Positions 27,104 to 36,946 of a stretch of DNA of 64,000 nucleotides are shown here, piece after piece (within the stretch, counting starts at the first letter, position 1; each line of letters opens with the position of its first letter). This stretch comes from Candidatus Limnocylindria bacterium (lineage in GTDB: Bacteria; Chloroflexota; Limnocylindria; P2-11E), in NCBI GenBank assembly GCA_041496945.1, contig JBGQFO010000001.1:46756-110755 (forward strand), written 5' to 3'. Under the pieces are notes generated by a model. That model did not search any database, was not told the DNA's origin, and was given only the letters and a program-made list of their open reading frames with translations. The position numbers and the translations under genes are program-made.

Positions 27104-27799
27104 GTGACCCGGCTCCTCATCGTCGATGACGACGTGAACCTCAGGCACACGCTGAGCTACGCGTTCCGCCTGGAGGGCTTCGAAGTCCTGACCGCGGCCG
27201 ATGGGGACCAGGCGCTCGCCACCTTCCGGACGTCGCACCCTGACCTCGTGATCCTCGACGTCATGCTCCCAGGCCGCGACGGGTTCGAGGTCGCGCGTGC
27301 GCTCCGCCGCGAGAGCGACGTGCCCGTCATCATGCTCACCGCCCGTGACAGCGAGCTCGATAAGGTGGTCGGGCTCGAGATCGGCGCGGACGACTATCTT
27401 GCGAAGCCGTTCTCGACGCGCGAGCTCATCGCGCGCGTCCGCGCGATGCTCCGTCGCACGCGGCGGGTCGAGCCGGCGCGTGCTGACGCCCGGCTCGAGA
27501 TCGAGGAGCTCGTTCTGGACGGCGGACGGCATCGGGTGACGCTGCGCGCGGACGAGATCGAGCTGAAGCCGAAGGAGTTCGATCTGCTGGCCTTCTTCAT
27601 GGCCCACGCCGGGCAGGCCTTCGGGCGGGAGCAGCTGCTCGCGTCCGTCTGGGGGTACGACTTCGCTGGCGATTCGCGGACCGTTGACACGCACGTGAAG
27701 ACGCTGCGCGAGAAGCTCGGTGACAGCGCCGAGCGCCCGCGGTGGATCGAGACCGTGCGCGGTGTCGGCTACCGCTTCCGGGAGAAGCCCGCGTCCTAG
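27104..27799 (+). CDS. phoP: OmpR/PhoB-family response regulator
   Basis: 231 aa. The REC part reads LLIVDDD...VILDVMLPGRDG and the winged-helix C-terminus reads IETVRGVGYRF. Confidence 0.85.
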   Translation: MTRLLIVDDDVNLRHTLSYAFRLEGFEVLTAADGDQALATFRTSHPDLVILDVMLPGRDGFEVARALRRESDVPVIMLTARDSELDKVVGLEIGADDYLAKPFSTRELIARVRAMLRRTRRVEPARADARLEIEELVLDGGRHRVTLRADEIELKPKEFDLLAFFMAHAGQAFGREQLLASVWGYDFAGDSRTVDTHVKTLREKLGDSAERPRWIETVRGVGYRFREKPAS

Positions 27800-27814
27800 A
27801 CGCGATCCCGCAGC

Positions 27815-27880
27815 GTTCACGGTCCGTTCACACAGCTCTCACCCGCGCATCACCCCGGCTCACCACGCTGTCACTGCGGG
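27815..27880 (+). promoter_or_regulatory. PHO-box-like array: six direct-repeat units with TCAC cores spaced 11/11/11/10/11 nt
   Basis: The array reads GTTCACGGTCC GTTCACACAGC TCTCACCCGCG CATCACCCCGG CTCACCACGCT GTCACTGCGGG and ends 45 nt upstream of the pstS ATG. Confidence 0.65.
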
Positions 27881-27924
27881 CGACGACGATGGAGGCGCAC
27901 ACAAGTGGGTGAAAGGGAGTCCCG

Positions 27925-29076
27925 ATGAAGACGCATTCGTTCCTCGCGCCCCTCATCGCCTTCGCAGTCCTCATCGCCGCGTGTGGCGGCGCAAGCGTGA
28001 GCCCGACCGCGGCCCCGGCGACCGGCAGCGCGGCCGCGACCGCCGATCCCTGCGGTATCCCGGTGAAGACGAAGTGCGCGACCGAGGCCCAGAACCTCAC
28101 CGGCGCGGGCGCGACGTTCCCGGGCGCGATCTACGCGAAGTGGGTCGATCAGTACAACCAGCTCACCGGGGTCCAGATCAACTATCAGGCCGTGGGCTCG
28201 GGCGGCGGGATCAAGGCGTTCACCGACAAGACCGCGGACTTCGGCGCGTCGGATGTCCCGTTGACCGACGACCAGATCAAGGCGGTGAACGGTGGCCTCT
28301 ACCTGGTCCCGATGGTCATGGGAGCGGTCGTCCCGACCTACAACATCCCGAACGTGACCGCGGCGCTGAAATTCACACCCGACGCGCTCGCGGGGATCTT
28401 CCTTGGCACCGTCACGAAGTGGAACGACCCGAAGATCGCCGCTGAGAACGCGGGCGTCACGCTCCCGGACTCCGCGATCACGACGGTGCACCGCTCGGAT
28501 GGCTCCGGCACGACCGGCGTGTTCACCGACTACCTCTCGAAGATCAGCCCCGACTGGAAGACGAAGGTCGGCTCGGCCACGTCGGTCAACTGGCCGGGTG
28601 GCGTCGGTGCCTCCGGCAACGCCGGCGTCGCTGGCGCGGTGAAGCAGACGCCCGGTTCGATCGGATACGTCGAGCTCATCTACGCGATACAGAACAAGCT
28701 CGCCTACGGTGCCGTGAAGAACGCGTCGGGCAAGTACGTCGAGGCGTCGCTGGATTCGACGAGCAAGGCCGCGGACGGCTTCGCGATGCCGGACCTCGGC
28801 AAGCTCACCGGCGAACAGACGAAGATCTCGATCACGAACTCAGCCAACGCGGATGCCTGGCCGATCTCCACCTTCACCTTCCTCCTCGTGGCGAAGGACT
28901 TCGCCGACAGGGGCAAGGCCCTTGCGATCCTCCGCTTCGCCTGGTGGGGCACGCACGAGGGCCAGACCTTCACCAAGGATCTCGGCTATGCGCCGCTTCC
29001 CACGAACGTCGTGAAGACCGCTGAGGATGTCCTCCGATCGGTCACCAGCGGCGGCGCGAAGGTCCTGCAGCAGTGA
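27925..29076 (+). CDS. pstS: Phosphate ABC transporter substrate-binding lipoprotein
   Basis: 383 aa with a signal/lipobox LIAAC. Motifs GAGATFP, YQAVGSGGG and HRSDGSGTT are present. Confidence 0.92.
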   Translation: MKTHSFLAPLIAFAVLIAACGGASVSPTAAPATGSAAATADPCGIPVKTKCATEAQNLTGAGATFPGAIYAKWVDQYNQLTGVQINYQAVGSGGGIKAFTDKTADFGASDVPLTDDQIKAVNGGLYLVPMVMGAVVPTYNIPNVTAALKFTPDALAGIFLGTVTKWNDPKIAAENAGVTLPDSAITTVHRSDGSGTTGVFTDYLSKISPDWKTKVGSATSVNWPGGVGASGNAGVAGAVKQTPGSIGYVELIYAIQNKLAYGAVKNASGKYVEASLDSTSKAADGFAMPDLGKLTGEQTKISITNSANADAWPISTFTFLLVAKDFADRGKALAILRFAWWGTHEGQTFTKDLGYAPLPTNVVKTAEDVLRSVTSGGAKVLQQ

Positions 29077-29080
29077 CCGA

Positions 29081-30019
29081 GTGACGGCGAGATTCGACCG
29101 CGGCTTCGCGGCCGGCGTGACGGCACTGGCGATGCTGGTGCCGCTCACGCTGGCCGGTATCGCGATCCTCATCGTGGTCGACTCGTGGCCATCCCTCCAG
29201 ACCTTCGGCCTCTCGTACTTCACGACCACGGTGTGGGACCCCGTCCACCTCGTGTTCGGCGCAGCCGCCTACGTGTACGGCACGCTCGTGACGACGGTGG
29301 TGGCGGTCGTGCTCGCGGCGCCCATCGCGATCGGTTCGTCCATCTTCCTCACGGAATTCGCGCCACGTCGGGTGCGCGCTCCGATCGCGTTCCTCATCGA
29401 GCTGCTGGCGTACATCCCGAGCATCGTGTACGGCCTCTGGGCGATCTTCGTGATGGTCCCGATCATGCGGAACACGGTCGAACCCGCCCTCCACAGCGCC
29501 TTCGGACGTCTTCCGTTGTTCGGCCAGCTCTTCGCGGGCGTCCCGGTCGGCCTCGACCTGCTCTCGGGCGGTGTGGTGCTCGCGATCATGATCCTGCCGA
29601 TCCTCACCGCAGTGTCGCGCGAGATCCTGCTCGCCGTCCCGCCGACGCAGCGTGAGGCGATGATCGGCCTTGGGGCGACGCGCTGGGAGGCGGTCAGCCG
29701 CGCGGTGCTGCCCTACGCCCGACCGGGGATCATCGGAGGGATCGTGCTCGGCGTCGGCCGTGCCTTCGGCGAGACGATGGCCGTGACGATGGTGGTCGGC
29801 AACTCATCGCGCGACATCACCGGCTCGCTGTTCGTGCCCGGCTACACGATGGCGTCGGCCATCGCGAACCAGTTCGTCGAGGCCGACACCCCGCTCTACT
29901 TCAGCGCCATCGTCGAGGTCGCACTGTCGCTCCTCCTCGTCGCGATCGTCGTGAACTCCATCGCGCGCTACCTCATCCGCCGCGCGGTGACCGACCGGCC
30001 CGCCGGCGCGGTGGTGTGA
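29081..30019 (+). CDS. pstC: Phosphate ABC transporter permease
   Basis: The GTG start lies 5 nt after the pstS stop. The protein is polytopic with an EAA-like loop ([13 protein letters not shown]). Confidence 0.9.
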   Translation: MTARFDRGFAAGVTALAMLVPLTLAGIAILIVVDSWPSLQTFGLSYFTTTVWDPVHLVFGAAAYVYGTLVTTVVAVVLAAPIAIGSSIFLTEFAPRRVRAPIAFLIELLAYIPSIVYGLWAIFVMVPIMRNTVEPALHSAFGRLPLFGQLFAGVPVGLDLLSGGVVLAIMILPILTAVSREILLAVPPTQREAMIGLGATRWEAVSRAVLPYARPGIIGGIVLGVGRAFGETMAVTMVVGNSSRDITGSLFVPGYTMASAIANQFVEADTPLYFSAIVEVALSLLLVAIVVNSIARYLIRRAVTDRPAGAVV

Positions 30020-30903
30020 ACGTGGCAACGAGCGCGATCGCCGTCGCGACCGTCCCCGCTCGCCATCGTGTCACCGCTCGGCGGCGTGCCACGGAGCGCG
30101 TAATGATCGGGCTCCTCGGGGTCGCCACGCTCGTGAGCGTCGCGATCCTGCTCATCATCCTCGGCTACGTCGTCGTGCAGGGACTGCCGGCGATCGACCT
30201 CGCGTTCTTCACGCAGCGTCCGAAGCCGGTGGGCGAGGTCGGCGGTGGCATCCAGCCGGCGCTCGTCGGCACGCTCGTCCTCGCGGCCGTCTCCGGCGCG
30301 ATCGCGATCCCGATCGGGATCGCCGCGGCGATCTTCGTCGTGGAATATCGCTCGGGTCGTTTCGCCGCGCCGGTCCGCTTCGCGGCGGAGCTCATCGCCG
30401 GGCTTCCGTCGATCGTCATCGGCGTATTCGTCTGGGCTTTCCTGGTCCGCGGCGCGATCGGCCACTTCGCCGCGGTCGCGGGGGCCGTCGCGCTCGCCGT
30501 GATCATGGTCCCCATCGTCGCCCGCACGGTCGAGGAGGTGCTGCGCCTCGTCCCGGGATCGCTCCGCGAGGCCGCCCTCGCGCTCGGCGCTCCGAAATGG
30601 AAGGTGATCATGCGCGTCGTGCTCCCGACCGCACGGGCCGGGGTCATCACCGCGTCGGTGCTGGCCCTCGCGCGCTCCGCCGGGGAGACCGCCCCGCTCC
30701 TGCTCACGGCACTGGGCAACGACTTCTTCAGCCTCGACCTGCTGCGGCCGATCGGCGCGCTGCCGCTGCAGATCTACCGCTACGCGCTGTCGCCATACGA
30801 CGACTGGCACCTCAAGGCCTGGGGCGCGTCACTCGTGCTCGTTCTGGTGATCGGCGCGATCGGCGCCGCCCTGCGGATCGTCGCGCGCGAGCGAGTGCGC
30901 TGA
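30016..30903 (+). CDS. pstA: Phosphate ABC transporter permease
   Basis: A GTGA overlap links it to pstC. The loop [14 protein letters not shown] is present. Confidence 0.9.
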   Translation: MNVATSAIAVATVPARHRVTARRRATERVMIGLLGVATLVSVAILLIILGYVVVQGLPAIDLAFFTQRPKPVGEVGGGIQPALVGTLVLAAVSGAIAIPIGIAAAIFVVEYRSGRFAAPVRFAAELIAGLPSIVIGVFVWAFLVRGAIGHFAAVAGAVALAVIMVPIVARTVEEVLRLVPGSLREAALALGAPKWKVIMRVVLPTARAGVITASVLALARSAGETAPLLLTALGNDFFSLDLLRPIGALPLQIYRYALSPYDDWHLKAWGASLVLVLVIGAIGAALRIVARERVR

Positions 30904-30920
30904 GGACGCGCGAGGGAACG

Positions 30921-31787
30921 ATGTCGATCACCACCCGTGACCCGAGGTCGAACGAGGCGGTCCCGCAGATGGCGGCACCAGGGGCCGACACGGCCCCGGC
31001 GGGGGCCGTGCGCGGCACGCTCGTGCGCGTCGAGCACCTCGACGCGTGGTACGGGACGCACCACGCGATCAGCGGCGTGACGTTCGACCTGTCGCCGGCC
31101 ACGGTGACGGCGATCATCGGTCCGTCGGGCTGCGGCAAGTCCACGCTCGTGCGCTGCTTCAATCGCATGCACGAGGTCACGCCGGGGGCCTACGCGCGCG
31201 GCGGCGTCTTCATCGGCGATACCGACATCTACTCGCCGTATGCCGATCCGGTCGCCGTGCGAAGCATGGTCGGCATGGTGTTCCAGAAACCGAACCCGTT
31301 CCCGATGATGTCGCTGTACGACAACGTCGCGGCCGGCCCGCGCCTACGTGGCTGGAAGCTGTCGCGGCGCGAGACGGACGATCTGGTCGAGCGCAACCTG
31401 CGCCGCGCCGCGCTGTGGGACGAGGTGAAGGACAAGCTCCATCGTTCGGGCGGGGCGCTCTCCGGCGGCCAGCAGCAGCGCCTCTGCATCGCGCGCGCGT
31501 TGGCGACGGACCCCAGCGTGATCCTCATGGACGAGCCGTGCTCCGCCCTCGACCCGATCGCGACGTACAAGATCGAGGAGCTCATCCGCGAGCTCGCGCG
31601 CGACGTGACCATCGTCATCGTGACCCACAACATGCAGCAGGCTTCGCGCGTCTCGGAGCACACCGCGTTCATGCTCGCCGGCGATGACGGTGTCGGGCGG
31701 CTCGTGGAGTTCGGCCCGACCGAGCGGGTGTTCACCAATCCCGTCGACGAGCGCACCGAGGCGTACATCACCGGGCGGTTCGGTTGA
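30921..31787 (+). CDS. pstB: Phosphate ABC transporter ATP-binding protein
   Basis: Walker A is GPSGCGKST, the signature is LSGGQQQR and Walker B is ILMDEP. Confidence 0.92.
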   Translation: MSITTRDPRSNEAVPQMAAPGADTAPAGAVRGTLVRVEHLDAWYGTHHAISGVTFDLSPATVTAIIGPSGCGKSTLVRCFNRMHEVTPGAYARGGVFIGDTDIYSPYADPVAVRSMVGMVFQKPNPFPMMSLYDNVAAGPRLRGWKLSRRETDDLVERNLRRAALWDEVKDKLHRSGGALSGGQQQRLCIARALATDPSVILMDEPCSALDPIATYKIEELIRELARDVTIVIVTHNMQQASRVSEHTAFMLAGDDGVGRLVEFGPTERVFTNPVDERTEAYITGRFG

Positions 31788-32476
31788 TGGCCCGTTCGCT
31801 TCACGCGCGTGCCGCGCTCGACGACGGTCTTTCGACCCTCCAATCGGAGCTTCGCCAGATCGCGAGCCTGGTCGACGTCGCGATCGAGCGGAGCATCCTC
31901 GCGCTCATCGCGCTCGACCAGCGCCTCGCGGCGCTCGTCATCGCCGACGACGCCGAGATCAACGCCCTCCGCTACCAGATCGAGGACCGCGCCATCCACC
32001 TCATCGCGACGCAGCAGCCCATCGCCGGAGACCTGCGTTTCATCGTCACGGTGCTCATGGTGGTCTCCGAGCTCGAGCGCATGGGCGATTACGCCGCGGG
32101 TATCGCGCGCATCGTTCAGCTGCACGAGGGCCGGACGCTCCTCAAGCCGCTCGTCGACGTGCCCGAGATGGCGCGCATCGTGCGCGAGATGCTGCGGGAT
32201 GCGATCGACGCCTTCATCCGCCGCAACGAGCACGCCGCGGAGCGCGTCGCCTACCAGGACGACGAGGTGGACCGGCTCTACCAGCAGGTGTACCGCGAGC
32301 TGCTCACCTACATGGTCAACGACACCGCGACGATCGATCGCGCGACGTGGCTCCTCTGGGCGGCACACAACCTCGAGCGCATGGGTGATCGGATCCAGAA
32401 CATCTGCGAGCGGACGGTGTACGAGGTGACCGGCGTGATGCGCGAGCTCAAGCAGCCCAGGCCGACGCCGGAGTGA
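31787..32476 (+). CDS. phoU: Phosphate signalling complex protein PhoU
   Basis: The ATG shares 1 nt with the pstB TGA. The fold is duplicated, with ELERMGDYA and NLERMGDRI motifs. Confidence 0.9.
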   Translation: MARSLHARAALDDGLSTLQSELRQIASLVDVAIERSILALIALDQRLAALVIADDAEINALRYQIEDRAIHLIATQQPIAGDLRFIVTVLMVVSELERMGDYAAGIARIVQLHEGRTLLKPLVDVPEMARIVREMLRDAIDAFIRRNEHAAERVAYQDDEVDRLYQQVYRELLTYMVNDTATIDRATWLLWAAHNLERMGDRIQNICERTVYEVTGVMRELKQPRPTPE

Positions 32477-32895
32477 GCGCAGCGCGCCGCGTGCTCTTCG
32501 TGTGCACGCACAACTCGGCGCGGTCGCAGATGGCCGAGGGCTTCCTGCGCGTGTTCGGCCGCGATCGCTTCGACGCGGAGTCCGCGGGCACCGTGGCGGC
32601 CGGGGTGCACCCCTTCGCCGTCCAGGCCATGGCCGAGGCGGGGGTCGACATCTCGATGCACGAGTCGAAGACCATCGACCGCTACCTGGCCGAGCCGCTC
32701 GACCTCGTCATCACCGTCTGCGACGCCGCGGCCGAGGCCTGCCCGGTCTTCGCGAACGCGCGCGAGCAGTGGCACTGGTCGTTCCCCGACCCGTCCCTGG
32801 CCACCGGTGGCGACGAGGAGCGGTTCGCCGCGTTCGCCCGGGTGCGCGACGCGATCCGCGAGCGCATCGAACAGGAGCTGCTCGTCCGCGTCTAG
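32473..32895 (+). CDS. arsC: Arsenate reductase, thioredoxin-coupled LMW-PTP type
   Basis: A GTGA overlap links it to phoU. The P-loop is CTHNSARS (C-x5-R-S), and the Cys pair in VCDAAAEAC has the Cys82/Cys89-type spacing. Confidence 0.75.
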   Translation: MSAARRVLFVCTHNSARSQMAEGFLRVFGRDRFDAESAGTVAAGVHPFAVQAMAEAGVDISMHESKTIDRYLAEPLDLVITVCDAAAEACPVFANAREQWHWSFPDPSLATGGDEERFAAFARVRDAIRERIEQELLVRV

Positions 32896-32910
32896 CGCCG
32901 CACACGCGAT

Positions 32911-33948
32911 CTAGCGCAGGATGAAGCCGTCGCCCAGCGGGTCGCGCGGGTCGAACCAGAGCTCCCCGCGTCCGCTGATCCAGGCGCTGCCCTCGACCTC
33001 GGGGATCACCGCCGGATGCGGGCCGAAGCTCGTCTCACGGAGCACGCGGCCGGTGAAGCGTGTGCCGAGGATGCTCTCGACGACGAACGGCTCGCCCACG
33101 CGAAGCCGTCCGCGTGCGTGCTCGATGGCCACACGACCGGAGACGCCGGTCCCCGTGGGGGAACGGTCCACCTCGCCGTCGGCGAAGACGCACACGTTGC
33201 GCGCATTCGCCCCCGCCCCGGTGGCCGGGCCGCCGAGGATCGTGCCGTACAGGAACGAGAGCTCGGGCTCGAATGGGTGGGGAGTTGGGCGCGTGCTTTG
33301 GACAGCCCTCTTAATTCGCCAGCCGGCGTCGATGAGCCCGCGGTAGTCCTTCGCCTCGAGGCCGAGCCGGAGCTGCGCGACGTCGACGTAGGCGTAGAAG
33401 GCGCCGCCGAACGCGAGGTCGTAACGGATGTTGCCGAGCCCGGGCACCTCGACCGTCTCGTCGAGCGCGAGCACGAACGAGGGGACGTTCTCGAAGGCGA
33501 CGCTCGTGACGCGCGCGTGGTCGCGCTTCGGCCGCGCGGTGATCCGGCCGGCGGGCGCGTCGATGCGCACGACGTCCCGCGAGGGCAGCATGCCCGTCTC
33601 GATCGCGACGGTGGTCAGAGCGATGATCCCGTGGCCACACATCGTGCTCCAGCCCTCGTTGTGCATGAACAGCACGCCGAGATCGCCGTCCGCGGTGACC
33701 GGCTCGGTGACGATCGCGCCGTACATGTCGGCATGCCCGCGTGGCTCGAACATGAGCCCGCGGCGCAGGCCGTCGAGGTGCGTTCGCGCCCACGACCGCT
33801 TCGCCACGATGGTGTCGCCGGGGATGGGATCGACGCCGCCGGTCACGACCCGCAGCGGCTCACCCGCGGCGTGCGCATCGATCACCGAGACGCGTCGCCA
33901 GTCATCCGGTGGCCGCCATCCGGCGCCGGAAGCAAGGTCAAGAGGCAT
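32911..33948 (-). CDS. Proline racemase-superfamily enzyme, Cys/Thr type (probable trans-3-hydroxy-L-proline dehydratase)
   Basis: The internal start is MPLDLAS. The first catalytic motif is STMCGHG. The second is DRSPTGTG, with Thr where racemases and epimerases have Cys. Confidence 0.75.
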   Translation of the reverse strand: MPLDLASGAGWRPPDDWRRVSVIDAHAAGEPLRVVTGGVDPIPGDTIVAKRSWARTHLDGLRRGLMFEPRGHADMYGAIVTEPVTADGDLGVLFMHNEGWSTMCGHGIIALTTVAIETGMLPSRDVVRIDAPAGRITARPKRDHARVTSVAFENVPSFVLALDETVEVPGLGNIRYDLAFGGAFYAYVDVAQLRLGLEAKDYRGLIDAGWRIKRAVQSTRPTPHPFEPELSFLYGTILGGPATGAGANARNVCVFADGEVDRSPTGTGVSGRVAIEHARGRLRVGEPFVVESILGTRFTGRVLRETSFGPHPAVIPEVEGSAWISGRGELWFDPRDPLGDGFILR

Positions 33949-34015
33949 CGCGCGCAGGGTACCTCCAGCGGCGTCCCTGCACGGGTGCCGCGCGCTCGGT
34001 AGCCTCGTGATCACC

Positions 34016-35218
34016 GTGACCGAGACCTCACCGAGCTACCGCGCGCTCTTCGCCATCCCCGGCCTCCCGCGCCTGATCGCGAGCATGCTGCTCGCGCGCC
34101 TTGCCGGGCAGATGACCTCGCTCATCATCGTGCTCTTCGCCCTCGAGCACTACGGCTCACCGGCCATCGCCGGCGCCGCGACCTTCCTCGCGATCTTCCC
34201 GGGTCTGGTGGGCAGCCCGATCGCCGGCGCGCTCCTGGACCGGCACGGGCGGACGCGCCTCGTGGTCCTCGACTACACCGTGGCGGCGCTCTCGCTCGCG
34301 CTCATCGCGACGCTCGCGCTCCTCGACGCCCTCCCGGTCCCGCTCCTGCTGCTCATCGTCACCGTCACGTCGCTCACGTTCCCGCTCTCGCACACCGGCG
34401 TGCGGACGCTCTTCCCGATGCTCGTGCCGCCGGCGATGTGGGAGCGCGCCAACGCGATCGACAGCAATGGTTACGTGGTGTCGAGCGTCTTCGGCCCAGC
34501 GCTCGCCGGATCGCTCGTGGCGTTCTTCGGCGCCCCCGCCGCGCTGCTCGTGACCGCGGCGATCTCCGGGCTCGCCGCGCTCGTCGCCCTGGGCCTGCGC
34601 GACCCGTCCACGCGCACCGAGAGTGGCGCGCTCCTGCGTGATGCGTGGCGCGGCCTCGTGTACGTCGCTCGCCATCCCTCCCTCCGCTCGCTCGCGATCA
34701 GCGTCTCGGTCGCGAACATCGGCTGGGGCCTGTTCTTCATCACCCTGCCGGTCCTGGTCCTGCAGCGGCTCGGTGGCGACGCGGCCTACGTGGGCAACCT
34801 CTTCGCGCTCCTCGGCGTCACCGGCTCGGTGACCGTGCTGCTCATGGGTCGCGTGTCGACACGCGGTCGCGAGCATCTCTTCCTGGCCGGGGCGATGCTC
34901 GGTCAGGCCGTCGCGTTCGCCATCGCGCTCTTCTCCGGCGGCGACGGACGCCTCGTCGCCATCGCCATGCTCATCCTCGGTGTGGCCACCGGACCCTTCG
35001 ACGTCACGCTCTTCACCGTGCGGCAGCGCCGGACCGATCCGGCCTGGATGGGGCGAGCGTTCGCGGTCTCGATGTCGCTCAACTTCGTCGGCTTCCCGAT
35101 CGGCTCGGCCATCGGTGGCGCGCTGGTTCCGATCTCGCTCGAGGGCGCGCTGGCCGCCGCGATCGTCGCGAACGTCGCCGCGGCGCTCCTCGCGCAGCGC
35201 CTGCCGCGGGAAGGCTGA
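34016..35218 (+). CDS. MFS transporter
   Basis: A GTG start (34016 or 34007). About 12 hydrophobic helices and the motif GALLDRHGRTR are present. The 5' part of the track ORF is antisense to the racemase-family gene. Confidence 0.8.
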   Translation: MTETSPSYRALFAIPGLPRLIASMLLARLAGQMTSLIIVLFALEHYGSPAIAGAATFLAIFPGLVGSPIAGALLDRHGRTRLVVLDYTVAALSLALIATLALLDALPVPLLLLIVTVTSLTFPLSHTGVRTLFPMLVPPAMWERANAIDSNGYVVSSVFGPALAGSLVAFFGAPAALLVTAAISGLAALVALGLRDPSTRTESGALLRDAWRGLVYVARHPSLRSLAISVSVANIGWGLFFITLPVLVLQRLGGDAAYVGNLFALLGVTGSVTVLLMGRVSTRGREHLFLAGAMLGQAVAFAIALFSGGDGRLVAIAMLILGVATGPFDVTLFTVRQRRTDPAWMGRAFAVSMSLNFVGFPIGSAIGGALVPISLEGALAAAIVANVAAALLAQRLPREG

Positions 35219-35250
35219 CCGCTTCCGCGCGCTCGCGATCGGCACCGGTG

Positions 35251-36873
35251 TTAGGTCCCGACGTCCCGGCGCTGCATCGACATGATCGCGGCCGCCGTGC
35301 CGAACACGCCGATCGCCAGCAGCGTGATCGCGCCGCCCCAGTCGACCGTGGTCATCGGCATGCCGTAGAGCGCGAAGAACGAGGTGTTCTTCACCCAGTC
35401 CGGCCAGCTGAAGAGCGGCGCGAATTCCTGCGTGAAGTACGAGACCACCGCGACGATGCCGAGGAGCAGCACGGCAACGCGGGGGCGCCATCCGACGAGC
35501 GCGTGCCCGACGGCGGCGAACGCGAACGCCACCGGCAGCATGAGGACGGTCGCGATGACGAGCCGGTCGCCGGGCACGTCGATGTCGAACGCGCGAGCGG
35601 CGATCGCGACCACGGCCGTGCTGGCCGCGGCGACGATGCCGACCGACACGAGGAGCGCGGCGATGCGCTCGACGACCACGCGTGGGCGCGAGGCGCCCGT
35701 CGACAGCATGGTCTCGAGCCGACCCTCCGCGTCGTCCGCCGCCCAGCCGTTCACCTGCACGATGACGAGGATCGAAAGGATCAGGAGGGCGCTGCTGAAC
35801 CAGATCACGCCGATGAAGTCCGAGTACGCCACGAGGCCGAGGCGCTCGACATATGGGCGGAGTGAGGGGATCCCGCTGAGCGTGTCGATCACGCCGCGCG
35901 TCAGCGAGGTGAGCAGGTACGCGAGAAGGCTGATGCCGATGGCCCAGCCGGCGGTCCACCAGCGCTGCTGGTCGACACCGGCGAGAACCGGCAGCCTCAG
36001 GAGCGGGTCCCGCGACGGCCGTGCCGTCGGGCGCGTCTGCCCGTTGCCGCCGAGGCGAACGATCGTGCCGCCGAGGTCGCGGCGCGCGAACGCGATCGCG
36101 CCGAGCGCGAGGAGCACGCCGGTCGCGATCAGCAGCGCAAGGTTCGCGCCGACGTCGAAAGTGCCCCCGGCGAGGAGCGGTGTGCTGCGGTCGTACAGGT
36201 AGAACGGCGAGAGGTGGCCGATCGCGCCGATGTCGATGCCCGAGCGCGCCGCGTCGTTCAGGACGTAGAGCGCGATGATCACGATCGCGCCGAGTGAAGA
36301 TGCGACACGGCGCGTGACCACGAGCTGCGACAAGGCGACGCCGACGCCGAAGCCGAAGAGCGCGATCGTGTAGAGGGCGATCCCTTCCAGCAGCGAGTCG
36401 CCCATCCCGAGCGGGTCGTTCACCAGGGCCGCGCCCGCCGCGGTGGCGGCGGTCGTCACGAAGATCGAGAGGGCCAAGGCGATAGCGAAGCCGCCCGTGC
36501 GCGTCGCGAGCCAGCGGACGCGCGACACGCCCGCCGAGAGCCACTCCTCCACCAGTCCCCGCTCCTCGTCGCCGCGCGCCGCGCCGGTGCCCGCCAGCAG
36601 CGCCCAGAACACATACACCAGGGCGACCGTACCGAACGCGCGCCAGGTGAGGTAGCCGCCCATGGTGTCGAGCTGCACGGGCGCGGGCAGGAGGTAGGTG
36701 AGCTGCCGTCCGAGGAGCTCCATCTGCGTGGCGAAGGCGTGCCGCTCGAGCGGGCTCGTCCCCACGAGCTGTTCGAAGCCAACGCCATTCAGGAGGCCGG
36801 CGATGGCGCCGATCGCGGCCATGGCGATCGCGCCGGTGCGGTGCGAGCGGATCGCAAGTCGAAGCAGCGTCAT
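35251..36873 (-). CDS. ABC-2-type transporter permease (large, polytopic)
   Basis: 540 aa with about 12 hydrophobic segments. It lies downstream of an ABC ATPase gene. Confidence 0.75.
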   Translation of the reverse strand: MTLLRLAIRSHRTGAIAMAAIGAIAGLLNGVGFEQLVGTSPLERHAFATQMELLGRQLTYLLPAPVQLDTMGGYLTWRAFGTVALVYVFWALLAGTGAARGDEERGLVEEWLSAGVSRVRWLATRTGGFAIALALSIFVTTAATAAGAALVNDPLGMGDSLLEGIALYTIALFGFGVGVALSQLVVTRRVASSLGAIVIIALYVLNDAARSGIDIGAIGHLSPFYLYDRSTPLLAGGTFDVGANLALLIATGVLLALGAIAFARRDLGGTIVRLGGNGQTRPTARPSRDPLLRLPVLAGVDQQRWWTAGWAIGISLLAYLLTSLTRGVIDTLSGIPSLRPYVERLGLVAYSDFIGVIWFSSALLILSILVIVQVNGWAADDAEGRLETMLSTGASRPRVVVERIAALLVSVGIVAAASTAVVAIAARAFDIDVPGDRLVIATVLMLPVAFAFAAVGHALVGWRPRVAVLLLGIVAVVSYFTQEFAPLFSWPDWVKNTSFFALYGMPMTTVDWGGAITLLAIGVFGTAAAIMSMQRRDVGT

Positions 36874-36946
36874 CGGTACTCGCGCACGCTCGTCCGATTC
36901 GTTCGTGCAGCAGCGTCTGCTGCGGCAGCCGCTGCGTGCCCTCGCT

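Noticed and set aside
33949-34015. 5' extensions of track ORFs 32911..34014(-) and 33428..35218(+).
   Set aside because: The extensions are antisense to the neighbouring genes and lack family motifs. Internal starts (ATG at 33948; GTG at 34007 or 34016) give proteins of canonical length.
36907-36923. Hairpin GCAGCAG-cgt-CTGCTGC between the ABC ATPase and permease genes.
   Set aside because: The stem is short (7 bp), no U tract follows, and it sits inside an apparent operon. It could modulate mRNA stability, but there is too little evidence to call it a terminator or attenuator.
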